The translations under genes and the position numbers were made by a program. A model generated the notes under the pieces. It was not told where the DNA came from. It saw nothing but the letters and a program-made list of their open reading frames with translations, and did no database searches. From Paracoccaceae bacterium (GTDB lineage Bacteria; Pseudomonadota; Alphaproteobacteria; Rhodobacterales; Rhodobacteraceae), in the NCBI GenBank assembly GCA_007120685.1, contig SKNG01000413.1, positions 1-36,602 on the forward strand: 36,602 bases of DNA. The letters are read 5' to 3'. Each line of letters opens with the position of its first letter. The first letter of the stretch is position 1. Shown piece by piece: positions 12,001 to 20,991 of this stretch.

Positions 12001-15000
12001 CGGCGAGAAGGGCATCGCCACCTCGAACCGTTTTTACCTGCCACCCGATGTGGCGCAGATTGGCTTCGATGCCTGGCCCGGGGTTCTGGGCAACGGCTCG
12101 CTGAGCGCGCTGTGGGTGGATATGGACGGCAACGAGACGCCGCTGATCATCCGCGATGTCGGGCTGTTCATACAACTGGACGAGAATACCCCGCGCAAGC
12201 GTTATGTCGCCGAAATTCCCGGCGGCGTGGCCGGCACCGTTGGCAGCCTGCGGTTCGAATTCAGGGGCAGCGCCACGACATTCCTGGAGCGGGCGCGCTT
12301 TGTCGGGATCGACAATATCGGCGTGGACGGGATCAGGATCGAGATCCGGACCCGCGAAGTCGAACTGGAGGAAGAAGAACCCGATCTGAACGGCAATGGC
12401 AATGGCAATGGCAATGGGAACGGCTCGGGCAATGGAACCGGGAATGGCACCGGCAACGGCACCGAGACGGGGAACGGTACGGGCAATGGCACCGGGAACG
12501 GAACCGGAAACGGCGCAGAGAACGGCAACGGGACCCAGAACGGTAACGGGACGGGCAACGGGTCGGGCAACGGGTCGGGCAACGGGACCCAGAACGGTAA
12601 CGGAACCGGCAACGGTATAGAGAACGGCAATGGCACCGGAAACGGCACCGGAAACGGCACTGAAAACGGCAACGGGAACGGCACAACGGACCCGGCCCCC
12701 ACCGATCCGGCCCCGCCCACGCTGGAACCCGCGCCCGAGGCAGAGCGCCCAGAGCCCGAGGTCGTCGGCTTCGACTTCCCCAATTCCAAGGCCGGCAAGT
12801 GGCTGTTCACCGACACGCTGAAGAAGAGCGACAGCCAGAAAAGCGGGCTGGAGGCCATCGCCCGCAGCACCAAGGACTTCAAGGACGGCGCCAATCTGAA
12901 GGAGGTGGTGCTGGAGAACCAGACCGGCAGCGACGCCGAGATCGTCATCACCCTGCCGCCGAACCTGTTCCTGGGCGTGCAGATCTCCTCGGCCATCGGG
13001 ACCGAACTGACCGAAGACGACATCGAACTGGCGCCGATCACCTGGTCCGATGCCACGCAGACCCGCCGAATCGAACTCACCCTCGCTGCCGGCAGCACGC
13101 AGACCCTGAAGCTATACGCCGGGGTCGAACTTTCGGAATTGCAGCGCATGCTGGGGCCGAAGATTCTGGATGCCGGGCTGCGCATCTCGGAATTCTGGCG
13201 CGGCCAGCCGCTGGGCAAAGTGCATGATTTTCGCTTCTTCTACCTGCTTGATATCGGCGATGATTCCACCATCGACGGCGTCATCACCCTGCCGCCCACC
13301 GTCGCCGGGCAGGAGCGGCTTTTCGTGCTGCCGGGCAGCGCGCCCTTCGACATCTCCATCCCGCTGTCCAAGGCCGATGTCTACAAGGACGGGTCCAAGA
13401 CCAAACCCGCGATGGAAAGCAACTTTCGCGCCAGCGCGCTGGACCTGGGGCGCTGGCTGCAACTGGTCAATACCGCGGCTTCGCAGGATCTGGTGCTGAA
13501 CTTCCTGCCGGAACTGCCCGCCAACCGCAGCGACGGCCATGTGAAGCTGAAGACCGAACTGCGCTTCGGCGGCGAAAAGACCGGCAGCATCGTCTTCAAG
13601 GCGCCGATCCGTCAGCAGAACGCGCTGGATGTGAACCTGGCGCAACTGGCCAACGGGCTGGAGTTGCTGATCCGCGGCTTTGGCGAAGCGGGTTTCGCCG
13701 GTATTGATACCGCCGTCACCGATGACGATCTGCGCGCGCAGATGGAGGCGCTCTACGCCCCGGTGATGGAGATGCTGCTGCGCGAGACGGCGGGCGGCAG
13801 TGATTTCTCGGCGCTCGATCCCTGGCCGGGTGTGCTGAGCCTGTTTGCGCCCTTCGTGGCGCAGGGCAGCATGGCGCTGGGGGCAGGGCAACTGGCCAAC
13901 CAGCCGCTCTACCGGCTGGCGCCGCTGACCGAGGCCGAGTTTGCCCGCATCCAGGAATGGCTGGCCCTGCCCGCCGGCACCCGCCCGCCCTTCGACCCCA
14001 CGCCCCGGGCCGAGGCGCGGCTGGATATCGACCGCAAGGCACTGGAATCGCTGGTGCTGAGCCATGATCCCTACCGTCTGCGCCCGGATCTGACCCCCGC
14101 CCAGGCGCTTTACCGGCTGCAATCGGTCCTGAACCCGGCGATCCGCGATGCCACCCCGGCGATCCGGCTGGCCGTCGATGGCGCGCTGCGCTCCTATGCG
14201 CTGGCGCATCTGGCCGGCGAGGCGACGCTGGACATGCGCGGCTTCTCCGACCGGATCGGCTGGCTGGTGGCGCATGAGTTCCTGCACAACCTCGGCCTGG
14301 TCAACGAATACGGCGCCGACGGGCTGCCGCGCAATCCGGCCCGGCCGACGCCGCTGTCCACGCTCTACAACACCAATTTCACGGCCGAGCAACTGGCGGT
14401 GCTGGCCCTGGCGCTGGATGATCCGCGCCTGTCGCCCAGCCCGGATCAGGGGCGCGTCCTGGCGCAATGGTATCTGGACCGGCTGCGCGAATACGACGCC
14501 GCCTTCCCCGATGGCCGCCTGACCGCCAATTCGCCCGGCGTCGATCCCTCGGACGACCCCGCGCCCTTCACCAACGGCGATTTCGCCATCCCGCCGGGCG
14601 ATGCCGGTTTCGGCTGGCAACTGGCCGGGGCGGCGCAGGTCACGGATACGGGGCTGCTGCTGGCCGAGGCGCTGACCGGCAACGGGCGCGCGTCGCAGTT
14701 CCTGCTGCCGCCGGCGGGTGCCAGCCATCTGCGCGTGACCTTCACCAATCTGATGACCCTGACCCCCGGCCTGCCCGATGCCTTCGAGATCCGCCTGCGC
14801 AACGCCGATGGCAGCCCGCTGGCCGTGGCGCCGCTGGATGGCACCGATGCCGCCGTCAACCTGCAGGCCGATGGCACGCTGGCGCTGGCCCCGGGCGTGT
14901 TGCGGGTCAGCGAGGGGCCGACGGGGCCGGGTAGCCAGCTGGTGCTGGACCTGCCGCTGCCGGTGGTGGAGGGCACGCCCCTGCTGCTGGAGTTCGACCT

Positions 15001-16972
15001 GATCGGGCTGGGCGAGCCGGGATCGTCGGTGGTGGTGGCCTCGGTGCAGCCGGTGCTGCGGGCCGATACGCTGCGCGTGCTGTCGGTCGAACCCGGGCCG
15101 GATGCGCTGCGCGTGCGTTTCAACGCCGATTTCGACCGCTCGGTGATTGCGCTTTACGGCCCCGGCCCGGATCTGCCGGATGATCTGCGCGTGATCGATG
15201 CCGAGGGCAATGCGGTCAGCGGCAGCCTGCTGTTCACGGATGACGGCTTCTGGTTCCTGCCCACCGGCGGCTTCGCCCCCGGCGCCTATGAGTTGATTCT
15301 GCGTAGCGGGGCGGATGCCTTCACCGGCCCGCTGGGCGATCTGGACGGGGTGGGCGACGGGCTGCCCGGCGGTGATTTCCGCGCCGGCTTCAGGGTTGAC
15401 GAGCGCGCGGTGGCGCTGGCCTCGGGCGACATCATCGCCCCGGCGGGCGCGGCGGTGGCAGAGGGCGTGCCGGTGCGGCTGACCTCGGCCGGGGGGATTT
15501 CATCGCTGCGTTTCACGCTGGAATTCCCGGACGGGGCGCTGGCAGTGGAAGGGCTGCAACTGGCGCCCGATCTGGGCGGGTCGCTGGTGCCGCCCGTGGC
15601 CACCGAGACCGGCGAGGACGGTATCACGCGTGTCAGTTTCGCGCTGACCCTGGCCCAGCCGCTGGCGCCGGGCACGGTGGGTCTGGGGCGGCTTCTGCTG
15701 GCCAAGGGGGCGGGGCGGGACTATGCGCAGCCGGGGCAGGTGCGCTTCGTTCTGGACATGCTCAACGGCGAGCCGGTGGCGCGCGAGGCCGGGCGGGCAC
15801 TGAAGCTTGCCAAGCTGCCGGGCGACCTGAACGCCGATGGCGCGCTTGATGCGGCGGACGCGGACGCGCTGGAGCGGGTGCGCGAGGGGTTGGATACGGG
15901 CTTTGCCGCCTTCCCGCTGATCGACCCGGTGCGCCTGATCGTGGCGGCGACAACCGATCCCGCCGATCCCGTGGACCCGACCGACCCTGTTGACCCGACT
16001 GACCCTGTGGACCCGACTGACCCTGTTGACCCCACGGACCCTGTTGACCCAACGGACCCCGTGGACCCGACCGACCCCGTGGACCCGACCGACCCTGCAG
16101 ACCCGACTGACCCCGTGGACCCGATTGATCCCGTCGAGCCCACCGACCCAACCGATCCTGTCGACCCCACCGACCCTATCGAGCCCACCGATCCTGTTGG
16201 TCCAACCGATCCTGCCCTGCCCGATCCCGACCCGACCCCGCCGCAGCCCCCCGGCGCGGCGGTGGCGGGCGAGGGCCGGCTGGCGCTGGGCGGGGTGCCG
16301 CCGTTCCGCGCACCGCAGGCCCCTGCCGGGGGCGGCGCCACGGCCGTTACCGCGCAGGGCCGTCCCACCGCGCTGGGCAGTCTCCTGCCGCGCACGGCCC
16401 CCCGGGCCATCCCCTCGGCCTGTATCTGGGCCGATAGCGATCTGACGCCCGAGATCCGCGCGCTGCTGGCGCAGCTTGACGGCATGCCCGAGGGCGCTGC
16501 GCTCTGCGTCGGCGACATGCTGCAGATGGGCGAGGCGGCGCCGCCGCCGCTGCTGCCTTCAGGCGGTGATGCAGGCGGCCAACCCCGTTCGGTCTGGTTC
16601 TACGCCGATCTGCCCGCGCAACTGGTCGCCGCGCTGGAAGCCCTGGCCGCGCAGCACAACTGGCCCAGCATCCCCGGCAACCGCATCTGGGTGATCTGGT
16701 TGCGCGAGCCCGGCGCGGGCGCCACCGATACGCGGCCCGCCCCGCTTGCAGCGCCCGAAACAGCGCCGCCCGAGACCGCGCAGCCCGAAACAGCGCCACC
16801 CGAGACTGCGCAGCCCGAGACCGCTCAGGGTGACGCCGCCCAGACCATGGGCAACGCCGCGCAAACCCTGGCGCTGGGCGCGGCGCTGGCGGCCTTTGCC
16901 CACCCGCGCCGGCGGCCCCACCAGCCGGTCAGGCAGGACGCGCAGCGCGAAAGGGCCGAGCATGACGGTTGA
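2..16972 (+). CDS. Giant multidomain surface/adhesin-like protein, 5'-partial (beta-propellers, He_PIG/cadherin-like and other Ig repeats, YD-like segment, dockerin/cohesin-like modules, pseudo-hydrolase, HExxH motif, low-complexity spacers)
   Basis: Frame is open from base 2 ([35 protein letters not shown]), so the track start at 236 is not the true start. Repeated NxPP/NRAP..ASDPDGDxLxF..LPxGAxFD..TGxFxWxP units span 1400-4070. [14 protein letters not shown] at 5753 and [14 protein letters not shown] at 15821 are dockerin-like Ca loops. Stop TGA at 16970-16972. Confidence 0.93.
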   Translation, partial: DAAGLGATALAQAPDGSILIAGGLGRGALYRLAETGGAAGPPFAQLGEPIYDLAFGADGRLWAANGAQLLELNPASGAVLARHGAGLTQALAIDPASGAIYITSGRGIERFDPASESFTSFSQQRAGDLAFAPDGSLWAAAWPQRGAILRFDDQGRAEEMLRLPGPVDGLAFGAAGTAQEGLLFVSTNRDTSGDPAGRSALYLVDLATRDWLVLGQSPARGDNLLALGDGRILSVQGAQVDVLNPVAAPSIIGITPASGQIVTTPVNTITLRFDSAMLTGDGTERGSVLNPDNYLLANRQGQIIPVTGLAWDATSRSVTLSVDALGTEEYLLAIARQLSSEAGVTLAQRVETRFSVMLDFSDRVSLAFSNVRTSAQDGTLRYDVRITNTSGAPLPVPMRLVLDPDRAFGGAALGAEQAGPLWLLDLSDALPDGNTLEPGQSITTTPVLALPRGAQFGIGHALYALPQPNEPPELTEELPERAEVGQTLTRQLQARDPNGSEVAFLLLEGPEGLSLTPQGLLSFTPTAATDAEVLMRLRLIDALGASRDVAQVIAVDGGNRPPVFLIAPGQVFAVEGMPLVQPFAAADPDGRAVALRFQNLPPGAFFDAAQGALVWMPEYGQAGSYADVRVIASDGLGETVHRFDLLVAEAAAPPLAAPPSERVVREGDRLRVQLLASDPRGAALRFGSPALPAGASIDRDSGLFEWTPGFTDAGRYRIPIVISNGARSTTVHLPIEVLNVNAPPVFAPLDEIALFEGQALDLALAAFDPDNPRHAGPVRIGDTLVNEEERFTEPSLTHAIQGLPEGASFDAETARLTWVPARGQAGRYTLTVSATDDGDGTGQPATTTQQIVLRVMPVNSPPDLAPLSNRSVDAGSVLEIPISASDPEGDPLRLTAMIAPAPGAGSIGLDLRPRALGAEGNGFGQFNGFGQFIDNGDGTGVLRFSPVAFDRGNYIVTVMAEDDGGGEPALVGRDEVSFVLSVEAPSIPPRLQVMAQAVAVAGRELRVPIRAIDPDQDPLSFSAEGLPAGARIDTLPQYGRAELVWTPGTGDIGTRDVELIVRDNGNNGAGPVGEDRATLRLVVRAANTAPLLLPVGDLSVDAGAVLDLTLQAVDADEDVLHWQAQNLPPGATLDPATGRLLWAPDHGAAGVYQGIILRVTDGADSSSEEITITVNAVNRAPVMVPLPIQFGREGAEMTFRLIAADPDGDPLVFEARDPLPPGASLDSATGVFRWVPGFDASGVRVLNFAALDPQGSEALVAVTLDIADVNRAPVLAADNQIAFLGEELRFAVQASDPDGDALSYAFTGLPPGAVFDAATGAVRFTPGPGALGEYVVTASVSDGRAQASQPFILRVLAEAQAPRPLIVTTPDFAVLPGQRVSVTVLTDSFLPVAAKRLLVDGAELALDVDGRAQITPTGPGVLVLRAIVTDAAGQEGVAETVIRVRDPEDTAAPIVTLPPALGRLPLSAATEIAFGIEDRNLDHWRLELRHAASGATRLLAEGRETGAQAVTLDPGQFASGFYSLHLSATDVSGRQSATSVALELLPGARDDHAILTQTDLVLRAGENTLALTRQHDALANPQDGLMGSAWRAPWQDFRIETDPMSTGRAEGGLPRGLGRESRLHLSLPDGSRVAYGVRIETESLAGLQLARPVFVPDQPGGWQLEARTGPLIAAGGRLYDLQSGQALDPQALDGFAFALTAPDGTEYTLDGRGRVQAIRFADGTALQLSDSAIIGPEGVLADLTRDHRGRLVEVSSPQARLLYGYANGGLLDRVRLVGGTETAQFAYDPDGRLLGATGADGGWIDGDTLRPLSGSFGPLAVSAGSMQTVNLGADGQGVLALTLRGSELAGPGGRVLLGLRLAGDAATPRVLSGLDLLSSETTGGVRTHIVAVQTAGLHLIALDGAAGAGVQATLFLPGDLDGDGRVDGRDAERFELGPVDITGNGAAGVADARIIAANAGFATNLPPVIDAEPARTFTDLPLRLPMADLASDPEGDPVFLRVAYAIDGSAALAPDGRSLTFTPAPGFAGTALVGLVADDGFAASAVYDLAIEVIDERPFAIDFLTRETELEIGGLTELLAVGDFPSASGVLLPLSYLDLTFSAPEVLDLRADGLIRGLIEGASLIIAERDGTRAVTRVTVGNESLEDLADALLGLEVVPGAVTLAAGSGSLALRFLDDFGTVLEPEPDAIAFFSSNDAVVTVDAQGRLQAGAPGEAVVTVIMGSLERLVPVRVAEPQTGAVAMGRDGGVIASEEGITVAIAPGALGREVSAQIDRVARAALPIAPPPEDLGWDFVDAFRFTIDDALMAVPAQFSLPTDLPEGEEVVIYRYAPLPGPDGWVMGWQQVASGLVGADGVARSEGGYDLGLVANSFYAVTNPQERGVARQGGTAFAAFPQNNAAMGAVMALPGGIHVGATAPAPRLTLHMPIGQIQITFSAIAPSGLVESITQTVNAVVGGLLEAFDVSIFNIGQVADPADLVPVITGSVVDSDGDTITLTLRGEEFAPRSPDLGEAIEVPDDGGAVWLALGRGDIEALLVAIAEAEEGAERVEAGGMIAIAVPADQVSDTELMVDLPEGLGVSVLELRVIRFDLALESAQLQGGVAAGATAGGVGDTFLGPRPQISDLWRLNNNNDVTVGLVANGAFRDLAFGVDQIVVMGADEPGAPPDILRRIALDGWPDARPGDPDEPDPRGTALPRSAVTFDDGARAVVAMERAGTLALVNLVTGEQADLLDLSALGRESGDPGARARAVPYHIILDRSNRYALVSDAQLPLIYLVDISGEKLVHLGTFDTGLEGFGLREIALTQDEAALVVTATNGVPHDGQGEGRLAFISILEFGFFVNEVLAGTADFVTQVETQAGNGAALRQPYGLQLRRDVRGQDIAIVTDRNNDAAGVFTFQRKDAFFWEARAQVPFTLAPPIPFNHPLAGAMRRDSFEVNNAAQVVLAPDLSYAFVMGQNRFALDDVTRNPNYRASILSVFPNLFNAGEPRPAVAAGSAIAVIADPLGENPALVGALRPVSNAFATRLAVSGDGLYLYASYEGQNAIFAYSLPALLAQLEATENEPLLRGFNPLNDIGPDGSSLINFSFTAGFGAELRQGVNLDIDLRADFAWWDDDGAFAQRPSAPGSPNAPIGTGAVSRPQGIVSQAPVIGLISPQRDDRDVGPVVTFEWSLGGQSLDHTLWVSVQSPGGGLFAGESDSALIDALRDAGFREGVFEDDPTASDLFMDGNRNRVFAKQFPGTTEEVLRFTLPFPLTRGQVYAWGISVNDEGRRLQTMSDVFRVAPAEAEGTFSSVTVLTHNFHPFWGPPPTEAAIFDLAQQIARRNDGMVAVYQPETGQWLSATPGRDLSDPRGALVLLTDWYRESAINDSGFTEAAASAIFAGLMHLNEETGPDLFSLPMHFIGHGRGAVVNSEIVERLLFHVGKTMPDLHFTALDPHDHDIPSLAIDFEAFAKAKARGALRKTIKLGVGALATRNPILAWNGVKAFTKSILYSGLGDFSRVIGLQYLDWRSFRDPQITYWDGIDFFDSYYQQRAVIDASGVLPLLATSNWGPGALSRLQVDPLAEAARVLRQTSKGLDPNEVNFTLSVWGRQIPEADINRSLDRLPGFVEDDIWPLIARYTGFSGGLGTLHERTLAWYAGTAALNIDRIGSVYSDGEPIWRRLSDRGVETDGWLVGVKSRYYPPYFDEMENLQGWYRAFSDVERFGLFRNAEGETPTGPLVDGYPWEGIGEGWFYSWLGGGAGSFTVRGVQGERPEAPGAAGAERPVAGEFNNTRHGAQADPIPIVFNGDFQAGFRPYYGRIVAPGFLSAGLGLAGAAPEGTLEYQFPGWSYQGGQIDGLLGLRLQVPQVEALIDGLGISPDAAAAFVQGLDGMLDLVRILTDTLISGGTMTDAVRAVLAAADFRAFFDGRIGLDDVRAITQTLHETSLYTTSKYSLFTDFRREFTDIALSGPNLLLPFGIYGATSGAIQDFATDVLPQLMFWLQANAIDYHMSLVSRGGEKGIATSNRFYLPPDVAQIGFDAWPGVLGNGSLSALWVDMDGNETPLIIRDVGLFIQLDENTPRKRYVAEIPGGVAGTVGSLRFEFRGSATTFLERARFVGIDNIGVDGIRIEIRTREVELEEEEPDLNGNGNGNGNGNGSGNGTGNGTGNGTETGNGTGNGTGNGTGNGAENGNGTQNGNGTGNGSGNGSGNGTQNGNGTGNGIENGNGTGNGTGNGTENGNGNGTTDPAPTDPAPPTLEPAPEAERPEPEVVGFDFPNSKAGKWLFTDTLKKSDSQKSGLEAIARSTKDFKDGANLKEVVLENQTGSDAEIVITLPPNLFLGVQISSAIGTELTEDDIELAPITWSDATQTRRIELTLAAGSTQTLKLYAGVELSELQRMLGPKILDAGLRISEFWRGQPLGKVHDFRFFYLLDIGDDSTIDGVITLPPTVAGQERLFVLPGSAPFDISIPLSKADVYKDGSKTKPAMESNFRASALDLGRWLQLVNTAASQDLVLNFLPELPANRSDGHVKLKTELRFGGEKTGSIVFKAPIRQQNALDVNLAQLANGLELLIRGFGEAGFAGIDTAVTDDDLRAQMEALYAPVMEMLLRETAGGSDFSALDPWPGVLSLFAPFVAQGSMALGAGQLANQPLYRLAPLTEAEFARIQEWLALPAGTRPPFDPTPRAEARLDIDRKALESLVLSHDPYRLRPDLTPAQALYRLQSVLNPAIRDATPAIRLAVDGALRSYALAHLAGEATLDMRGFSDRIGWLVAHEFLHNLGLVNEYGADGLPRNPARPTPLSTLYNTNFTAEQLAVLALALDDPRLSPSPDQGRVLAQWYLDRLREYDAAFPDGRLTANSPGVDPSDDPAPFTNGDFAIPPGDAGFGWQLAGAAQVTDTGLLLAEALTGNGRASQFLLPPAGASHLRVTFTNLMTLTPGLPDAFEIRLRNADGSPLAVAPLDGTDAAVNLQADGTLALAPGVLRVSEGPTGPGSQLVLDLPLPVVEGTPLLLEFDLIGLGEPGSSVVVASVQPVLRADTLRVLSVEPGPDALRVRFNADFDRSVIALYGPGPDLPDDLRVIDAEGNAVSGSLLFTDDGFWFLPTGGFAPGAYELILRSGADAFTGPLGDLDGVGDGLPGGDFRAGFRVDERAVALASGDIIAPAGAAVAEGVPVRLTSAGGISSLRFTLEFPDGALAVEGLQLAPDLGGSLVPPVATETGEDGITRVSFALTLAQPLAPGTVGLGRLLLAKGAGRDYAQPGQVRFVLDMLNGEPVAREAGRALKLAKLPGDLNADGALDAADADALERVREGLDTGFAAFPLIDPVRLIVAATTDPADPVDPTDPVDPTDPVDPTDPVDPTDPVDPTDPVDPTDPVDPTDPADPTDPVDPIDPVEPTDPTDPVDPTDPIEPTDPVGPTDPALPDPDPTPPQPPGAAVAGEGRLALGGVPPFRAPQAPAGGGATAVTAQGRPTALGSLLPRTAPRAIPSACIWADSDLTPEIRALLAQLDGMPEGAALCVGDMLQMGEAAPPPLLPSGGDAGGQPRSVWFYADLPAQLVAALEALAAQHNWPSIPGNRIWVIWLREPGAGATDTRPAPLAAPETAPPETAQPETAPPETAQPETAQGDAAQTMGNAAQTLALGAALAAFAHPRRRPHQPVRQDAQRERAEHDG
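2762..2797 (+). repeat. Perfect 18-bp tandem duplication (NGFGQF x2) in the giant ORF
   Basis: aacgggttcggccagttc occurs twice in tandem and in frame. Confidence 0.95.
12389..12685 (+). repeat. Coding Asn-Gly-rich repeat ([12 protein letters not shown], about 99 aa)
   Basis: Direct translation: [32 protein letters not shown]...ENGNGNGT. Confidence 0.95.
15956..16216 (+). repeat. Coding (D/E)-P-(T/V) tripeptide repeat, 29 units
   Basis: [15 protein letters not shown]...GPTDPA, with 9/18-bp periodicity and varied synonymous codons. Confidence 0.95.
16754..16828 (+). repeat. Coding PETA(P/Q) x5 repeat
   Basis: 15-bp units forming a 30-bp higher-order repeat (cccgaaacagcgcc(g/a)cccgagac(c/t)gcgcag). 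Confidence 0.9.
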
Positions 16973-18824
16973 CCCGCGCCTCGGCACCGCCCCCGCAGGC
17001 AGCGTGACGGCCGACTGGGCGCGGTTCAGCGACCCCGCCGACGCCGCCGATTTCCTGCACGGCTGGTTCGGCATCCTGCTGTCGGAAATCGAGGGCGCGT
17101 GCGCGGGGATGCTGATGCTGGAGACCGAGGACGGCGCGCTGGTCCCCGCCGCCACCTGGCCTGATGAAAGCGTCATCCCCCGGCTGGCCCCGCTGGCCGG
17201 GCGGCTGCGCAATGCGCTTGATCACACGGTGCTGGAGCGCGCCGAGGGGGCGCAGCTGATCGGCTATCCGCTGTTCGTCGAGGGGCATCTGCACGGCGTC
17301 ATCGCGCTGGCCTGCGATCCGCCCGAACCGGCCATGCTGGACCACATCCTGCGCCGGCTGCACTGGGGCAGCGGCTGGGTGCATGCCATCGTCCAGCGCG
17401 CGCGCGAGATGCGCGCTGCGGCCAGCGCCGAACGCAGCGCGCTGGCGCTGGACATGCTGGCCGCGGCCGAGGATGCCGAGGGGCTGGAGGGCGCGCTGCG
17501 CGGGCTGGTCAACGAACTGCGCCTGCGGCTGCTGGCCGACCGGGTGTCTGTGGCGCTGATGCAGGGCCCGCGGCTGCGGCTGCGCGTGGTGTCCGAGACC
17601 GCCGAGGCCGACCGCCGCACCGGCGACATGCGCAGCCTGCGCGAGGCGATGAATGAGGCGCGGTTGCAGACCCGCATGCTGGTCTGGCCGGACCCTTCGG
17701 ACAGCGGACTGGCGGTGCTGGCCGCGCATGCCAACCACGCGCGCCGCGCCGCGGTTTCGGCGATGCTCAGCGTGCCGCTGATGCTGCGCGGGCGGATGCT
17801 GGGAGTGATCGCGCTGGAGCGGCTGCGCGCCACGGATGCCGCGCCCGATGCGCCATCTGGCCGGTTCACGCCGGCCGAGGCCGATCTGGCGCAGGCGCTT
17901 TGCGCCAGTATCGCGCCCGCCGTGCACAGCCGGATGCGCGCGCATCGCTGGCTGGCCGGGCGCGGGCCGGACATGCTGGGGCGCGGCCTGCGGCGTCTGT
18001 TCGGTCCCGGCTATCCGGTGCTGAAACTGGGCGCGGCGGCGGCGCTGGGGCTGGGGCTGGGGCTGGCCTTTCTGCCCGCCACCGTCACCGTCACCGCGCC
18101 GGCCCGGGTGCTGGGCGAGGTGCAGCGCGCCGTTGCCGCCCCCTTTGACGGCTACATAGACACCGCGCCGCGCCGCGCCGGCGACCGGGTGGCGGCGGGC
18201 GATATCATCGCCACGCTGGAAACCCGCGATCTGGCGCTGGAACAGGCGCGGCAGCGGGCGGAATTGGCGCGCCTCGCCTCGGCCCGCCGGCAGACCCTGG
18301 CCGAGGGCGACCGGGTGGGGCTGGCGACGCTCGATGCCCGCGCCGCCGGGGTGCGCGCCGAACTGGCGCTGACCGAGGCGCGGATCGACCGCGCGGTGCT
18401 GCGCGCGCCGGTCGACGGCATCATCGTCTCGGGCGATCTGGGCCAGCAACTGGGTGCCCCGGTGGCGCGCGGCGACGTGCTGTTCGAGGTGGCGGGCGAG
18501 GCCGGGCACATTCTGGCGCTGGAGGTAGGCGAGCACGATATCGACGCTCTCGCCCCCGGCGCGCAGGGCCGCGTGGCGCTGGTGGGACTTTCCGGCGCGC
18601 GCTTGCCCTTCCGCATCGACCATCTGGGCGCGGTGGGCGAGGTGGGGCAGGGCCGCAACGTCTTTCTGGCCGAAGCCCGCCTGACCGCCGAGGCCCCGCC
18701 GGCGCTGCGCCCCGGCATGGCCGGGCGGGCGCGCATCGATGTGGGCGAGGCGAGCCTGTTTCATGCGCTGACAAGGGCCACGGCGCTGCGGCTGCGGCAT
18801 CTGCTCTGGCGGCTGTCGCCATAG
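16962..18824 (+). CDS. GAF-domain-containing HlyD-family membrane fusion (periplasmic adaptor) protein
   Basis: ATG at 16962 overlaps the giant ORF end by 11 nt. Two GAF-like segments (LIGYPLFVEGHLHGVIAL; MLSVPLMLRGRMLGVIALER), a TM segment (LGAAAALGLGLGLAFLP), lipoyl half-motifs VAAPFDGYI..AGDRVAAGDIIATL and LRAPVDGIIV..GAPVARGDVLFEV around a coiled coil, and LRPGMAGRARI. Confidence 0.85.
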   Translation: MTVDPRLGTAPAGSVTADWARFSDPADAADFLHGWFGILLSEIEGACAGMLMLETEDGALVPAATWPDESVIPRLAPLAGRLRNALDHTVLERAEGAQLIGYPLFVEGHLHGVIALACDPPEPAMLDHILRRLHWGSGWVHAIVQRAREMRAAASAERSALALDMLAAAEDAEGLEGALRGLVNELRLRLLADRVSVALMQGPRLRLRVVSETAEADRRTGDMRSLREAMNEARLQTRMLVWPDPSDSGLAVLAAHANHARRAAVSAMLSVPLMLRGRMLGVIALERLRATDAAPDAPSGRFTPAEADLAQALCASIAPAVHSRMRAHRWLAGRGPDMLGRGLRRLFGPGYPVLKLGAAAALGLGLGLAFLPATVTVTAPARVLGEVQRAVAAPFDGYIDTAPRRAGDRVAAGDIIATLETRDLALEQARQRAELARLASARRQTLAEGDRVGLATLDARAAGVRAELALTEARIDRAVLRAPVDGIIVSGDLGQQLGAPVARGDVLFEVAGEAGHILALEVGEHDIDALAPGAQGRVALVGLSGARLPFRIDHLGAVGEVGQGRNVFLAEARLTAEAPPALRPGMAGRARIDVGEASLFHALTRATALRLRHLLWRLSP

Positions 18825-18834
18825 GGGCGGGGGG

Positions 18835-20991
18835 ATGAGCGAGAGTTTCTTCAGCCCGCTCTGGTATCGCCTGGCCGACCTGCGCCCGGCGCTGAAGCCG
18901 CAGGTGGATGTGGCGCTGCATGATTACGGCGGCGAGGCCTGGCATGTGCTGCGCGACCCGGTGACAGGCAAGCTTTACCGCTTCACCGCCCCCGCCTGGC
19001 AGATCGTCGGCCGCATGAACGGCCGCCAGCCCCTGTCGCGCATCTGGGCCGAGGCGATGGATGCCATGGGCCCTGACGCGCTGTCGCAGGAAGAGGCGGT
19101 GCAACTGCTCTCGCAGCTTTATCAGGCCGATCTGCTCAGCGTCGATGCCACGCCCGATGCCGCCGAACTCTTGGACCGGATGCAGCGCCAGCGCCGGCAG
19201 AAGCGGCAGCGTTTCTACAAGAATCCGCTGGCGATTCCGCTGCCGCTGTTCGACCCCGACCGGATGCTGGAACGCCTCGCGCCCTTGGTGCGCGGGCCAC
19301 GCGCCGGGGTCTTCTGGGCCGTGGTCTGGCTGGGGGTGGTGCTGCCCGCGCTGGCGCTGGTGCCGCTGAACTGGGATGCGCTAAGCCAGACCGGCCCGCG
19401 CGAATGGCTGGCGCTGGACAACCTGCTTCTGATGGCCTGCATCTACCCGTTCGTGAAGGCGCTGCATGAACTGGCACACGGGCTGGCCGCCAAGCGTCAC
19501 GGCGGCGCGGTGCATGAGACCGGCATCATGTTCCTGGTCTTCTACCCGGTGCCTTACGTCGATGCCTCCTCCTCGGCCTTCTTCCCGGAACGGCGGGCGC
19601 GGGCGCTGGTCGGCGCGGCGGGCATCCTGGCCGAGGTCTGGCTGGCCTGCGCCGCGTTCCTTTTGTGGCTGGCCGCCGAACCCGGTCTGCTGCGCGACAT
19701 CCTGTTCAACATCATGCTGATCGGCGGCATTTCCACCGTGCTGATCAACGGCAACCCGCTGCTGAAGTTCGACGGCTACTATGTGCTCTGCGACGTGCTG
19801 GGCATGCCCAACCTGGGCCCGCGCGCGAACAAGGCCTGGGGGCGGCTGGCCAAGGGCGTGCTGGGGCTGGAAGACAACCGCAACGCCCCGCGCCGCCGGG
19901 CCGAGGCCTGGGCCTTCTACCTCTACGCCCCTGCCGCCTTCGTCTACCGGCTGTTCATCATGCTGACCATCGCGGTGATGGTATCCACCCAGTATTTCCT
20001 CGCCGGCGTGCTGATCGCCTGCTGGAGCATGTTCCAGGCGCTGCTTCTGCCGCTGTTCAAGACGCTGGGCCATCTGTGGTCCGATCCCCGCCTTGCCGAA
20101 CGGCGCAAGCGGGCCTGGGCGACGATGGCGGCGGCGATCGGGGCGCTGGCGCTGTTGCTGCTGGCGCTGCCTCTGCCGCTGCGCGAGGGGGCGCAGGGTG
20201 TGGTCTGGCTGCCCGAACGCGCGCATCTGCGGGTGGAAACCGGCGGGTTTCTGGTCTCATTGCCGGTGCCGCCGGGCAGCTGGGTCAGCGCCGGCACCGT
20301 GCTGGCGGTGCTGGAGGCGCCGGCAGAGGTGGCGCATCTGCAGATGGCCAGCGCCCGCCAGCACGAGGCACGGTTGCGCGCCCAGGCCGCGCGGGTCAGC
20401 GACAGCGCTGCCTGGCGGCAGGCGATGGCGGAACTGGCCCAGCACGAGGCGGCGCTGGCCCATGCGCAGGACCGCGTGCGGCGGCTGGAGTTGCGCGCGG
20501 GGCTGGACGGGCGGTTTCACATCAGCCTGCCCGGCCTGGCACCGGGGCGGTATTTTGCGGAAGGGGCGGTGATTGGCCATGTGTTGCCCGATGCCCCGCC
20601 GATGGTGCGCGCCAGTCTGGAAGAACCCGTGGCCGAGTTTCTGGACACGCGGCTGAACCGCATCATGCTGCGCCTGCCGGGCGATGCGGGGCAGGAACTG
20701 GCCGCCATCGGGTTGCGCCGCGTGCCGATGACCGAGAACCGCCTGCCCGCCGCCGCGCTGGGCCGGGCAGGGGGCGGGCGGCTGGCCTCGGACCCCGGGG
20801 ATCCGGACGGGCTGGCGACGCTCGACCCGGTGGTGACGGTGGATCTGGCCGTGCCCGATCTGCCGCCCGGGCGCTATGGCCAGCGGGTCGAGGTGAAATT
20901 CGATCTGGGGCTGGAACCGCTGGGGCTGCGGCTGTGGCGGCGGGCGCGGGTGGCGTTCCTGTCGGTCTTTGCCGGGGGCGAGGGGGCATGA
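18835..20991 (+). CDS. PqqD/RRE-like + M50 (site-2) zinc metallopeptidase + HlyD-like MFP fusion protein
   Basis: N-terminal WHVLRDPVTGKLYRF..AWQIVGRMNGRQPLSRIW..QLLSQLYQADLL resembles a PqqD-like winged helix. HELAH at 19465 and NPLLKFDG at 19753 are M50 zinc motifs. Several TM helices, then a C-terminal lipoyl/hairpin region (PGSWVSAGTVLAVL; LRAGLDGRF). Confidence 0.88.
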   Translation: MSESFFSPLWYRLADLRPALKPQVDVALHDYGGEAWHVLRDPVTGKLYRFTAPAWQIVGRMNGRQPLSRIWAEAMDAMGPDALSQEEAVQLLSQLYQADLLSVDATPDAAELLDRMQRQRRQKRQRFYKNPLAIPLPLFDPDRMLERLAPLVRGPRAGVFWAVVWLGVVLPALALVPLNWDALSQTGPREWLALDNLLLMACIYPFVKALHELAHGLAAKRHGGAVHETGIMFLVFYPVPYVDASSSAFFPERRARALVGAAGILAEVWLACAAFLLWLAAEPGLLRDILFNIMLIGGISTVLINGNPLLKFDGYYVLCDVLGMPNLGPRANKAWGRLAKGVLGLEDNRNAPRRRAEAWAFYLYAPAAFVYRLFIMLTIAVMVSTQYFLAGVLIACWSMFQALLLPLFKTLGHLWSDPRLAERRKRAWATMAAAIGALALLLLALPLPLREGAQGVVWLPERAHLRVETGGFLVSLPVPPGSWVSAGTVLAVLEAPAEVAHLQMASARQHEARLRAQAARVSDSAAWRQAMAELAQHEAALAHAQDRVRRLELRAGLDGRFHISLPGLAPGRYFAEGAVIGHVLPDAPPMVRASLEEPVAEFLDTRLNRIMLRLPGDAGQELAAIGLRRVPMTENRLPAAALGRAGGGRLASDPGDPDGLATLDPVVTVDLAVPDLPPGRYGQRVEVKFDLGLEPLGLRLWRRARVAFLSVFAGGEGA

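Noticed and set aside
12389-12685. InaZ-type ice nucleation protein repeat
   Set aside because: It lacks the AGYGSTxTA 16-residue consensus; only generic Gly/Thr richness is shared.
5435-14728. Long minus-strand ORFs (5435-8773, 9098-12175, 13112-14728), and similarly 16929-18800, 20874-22994, 26358-28601, 28529-30829 and 34084-35979
   Set aside because: Antisense shadows of real genes, caused by high GC3. They carry no motifs and overlap well-supported CDSs almost entirely.
15956-16216. Possible CRISPR array in the periodic regions (also 12389-12685)
   Set aside because: The repeats are short, in frame and coding, with no unique spacers and no cas genes.
16746-16961. Extended N-terminus of the GAF-MFP ORF
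   Set aside because: It lies inside the giant ORF's C-terminus. ATG 16962 with an upstream purine-rich tract is preferred.
2-16972. Classical RTX/T1SS adhesin, autotransporter or RHS polymorphic toxin
   Set aside because: No GGxGxDxL repeats, no C-terminal beta-barrel, no RHS core DPxG motif and no downstream immunity gene in the visible part.
18825-18834. G-run before the M50 gene as a phase-variation tract
   Set aside because: Only G6 in a roughly 70% GC genome, adequately explained as an RBS.
19665-20987. 5' extension of the 1102-aa ORF containing the SecA paralogue
   Set aside because: It overlaps the M50 gene out of frame and is Arg/Gly/Ala-rich noise. The ATGA-coupled start at 20988 fits better.
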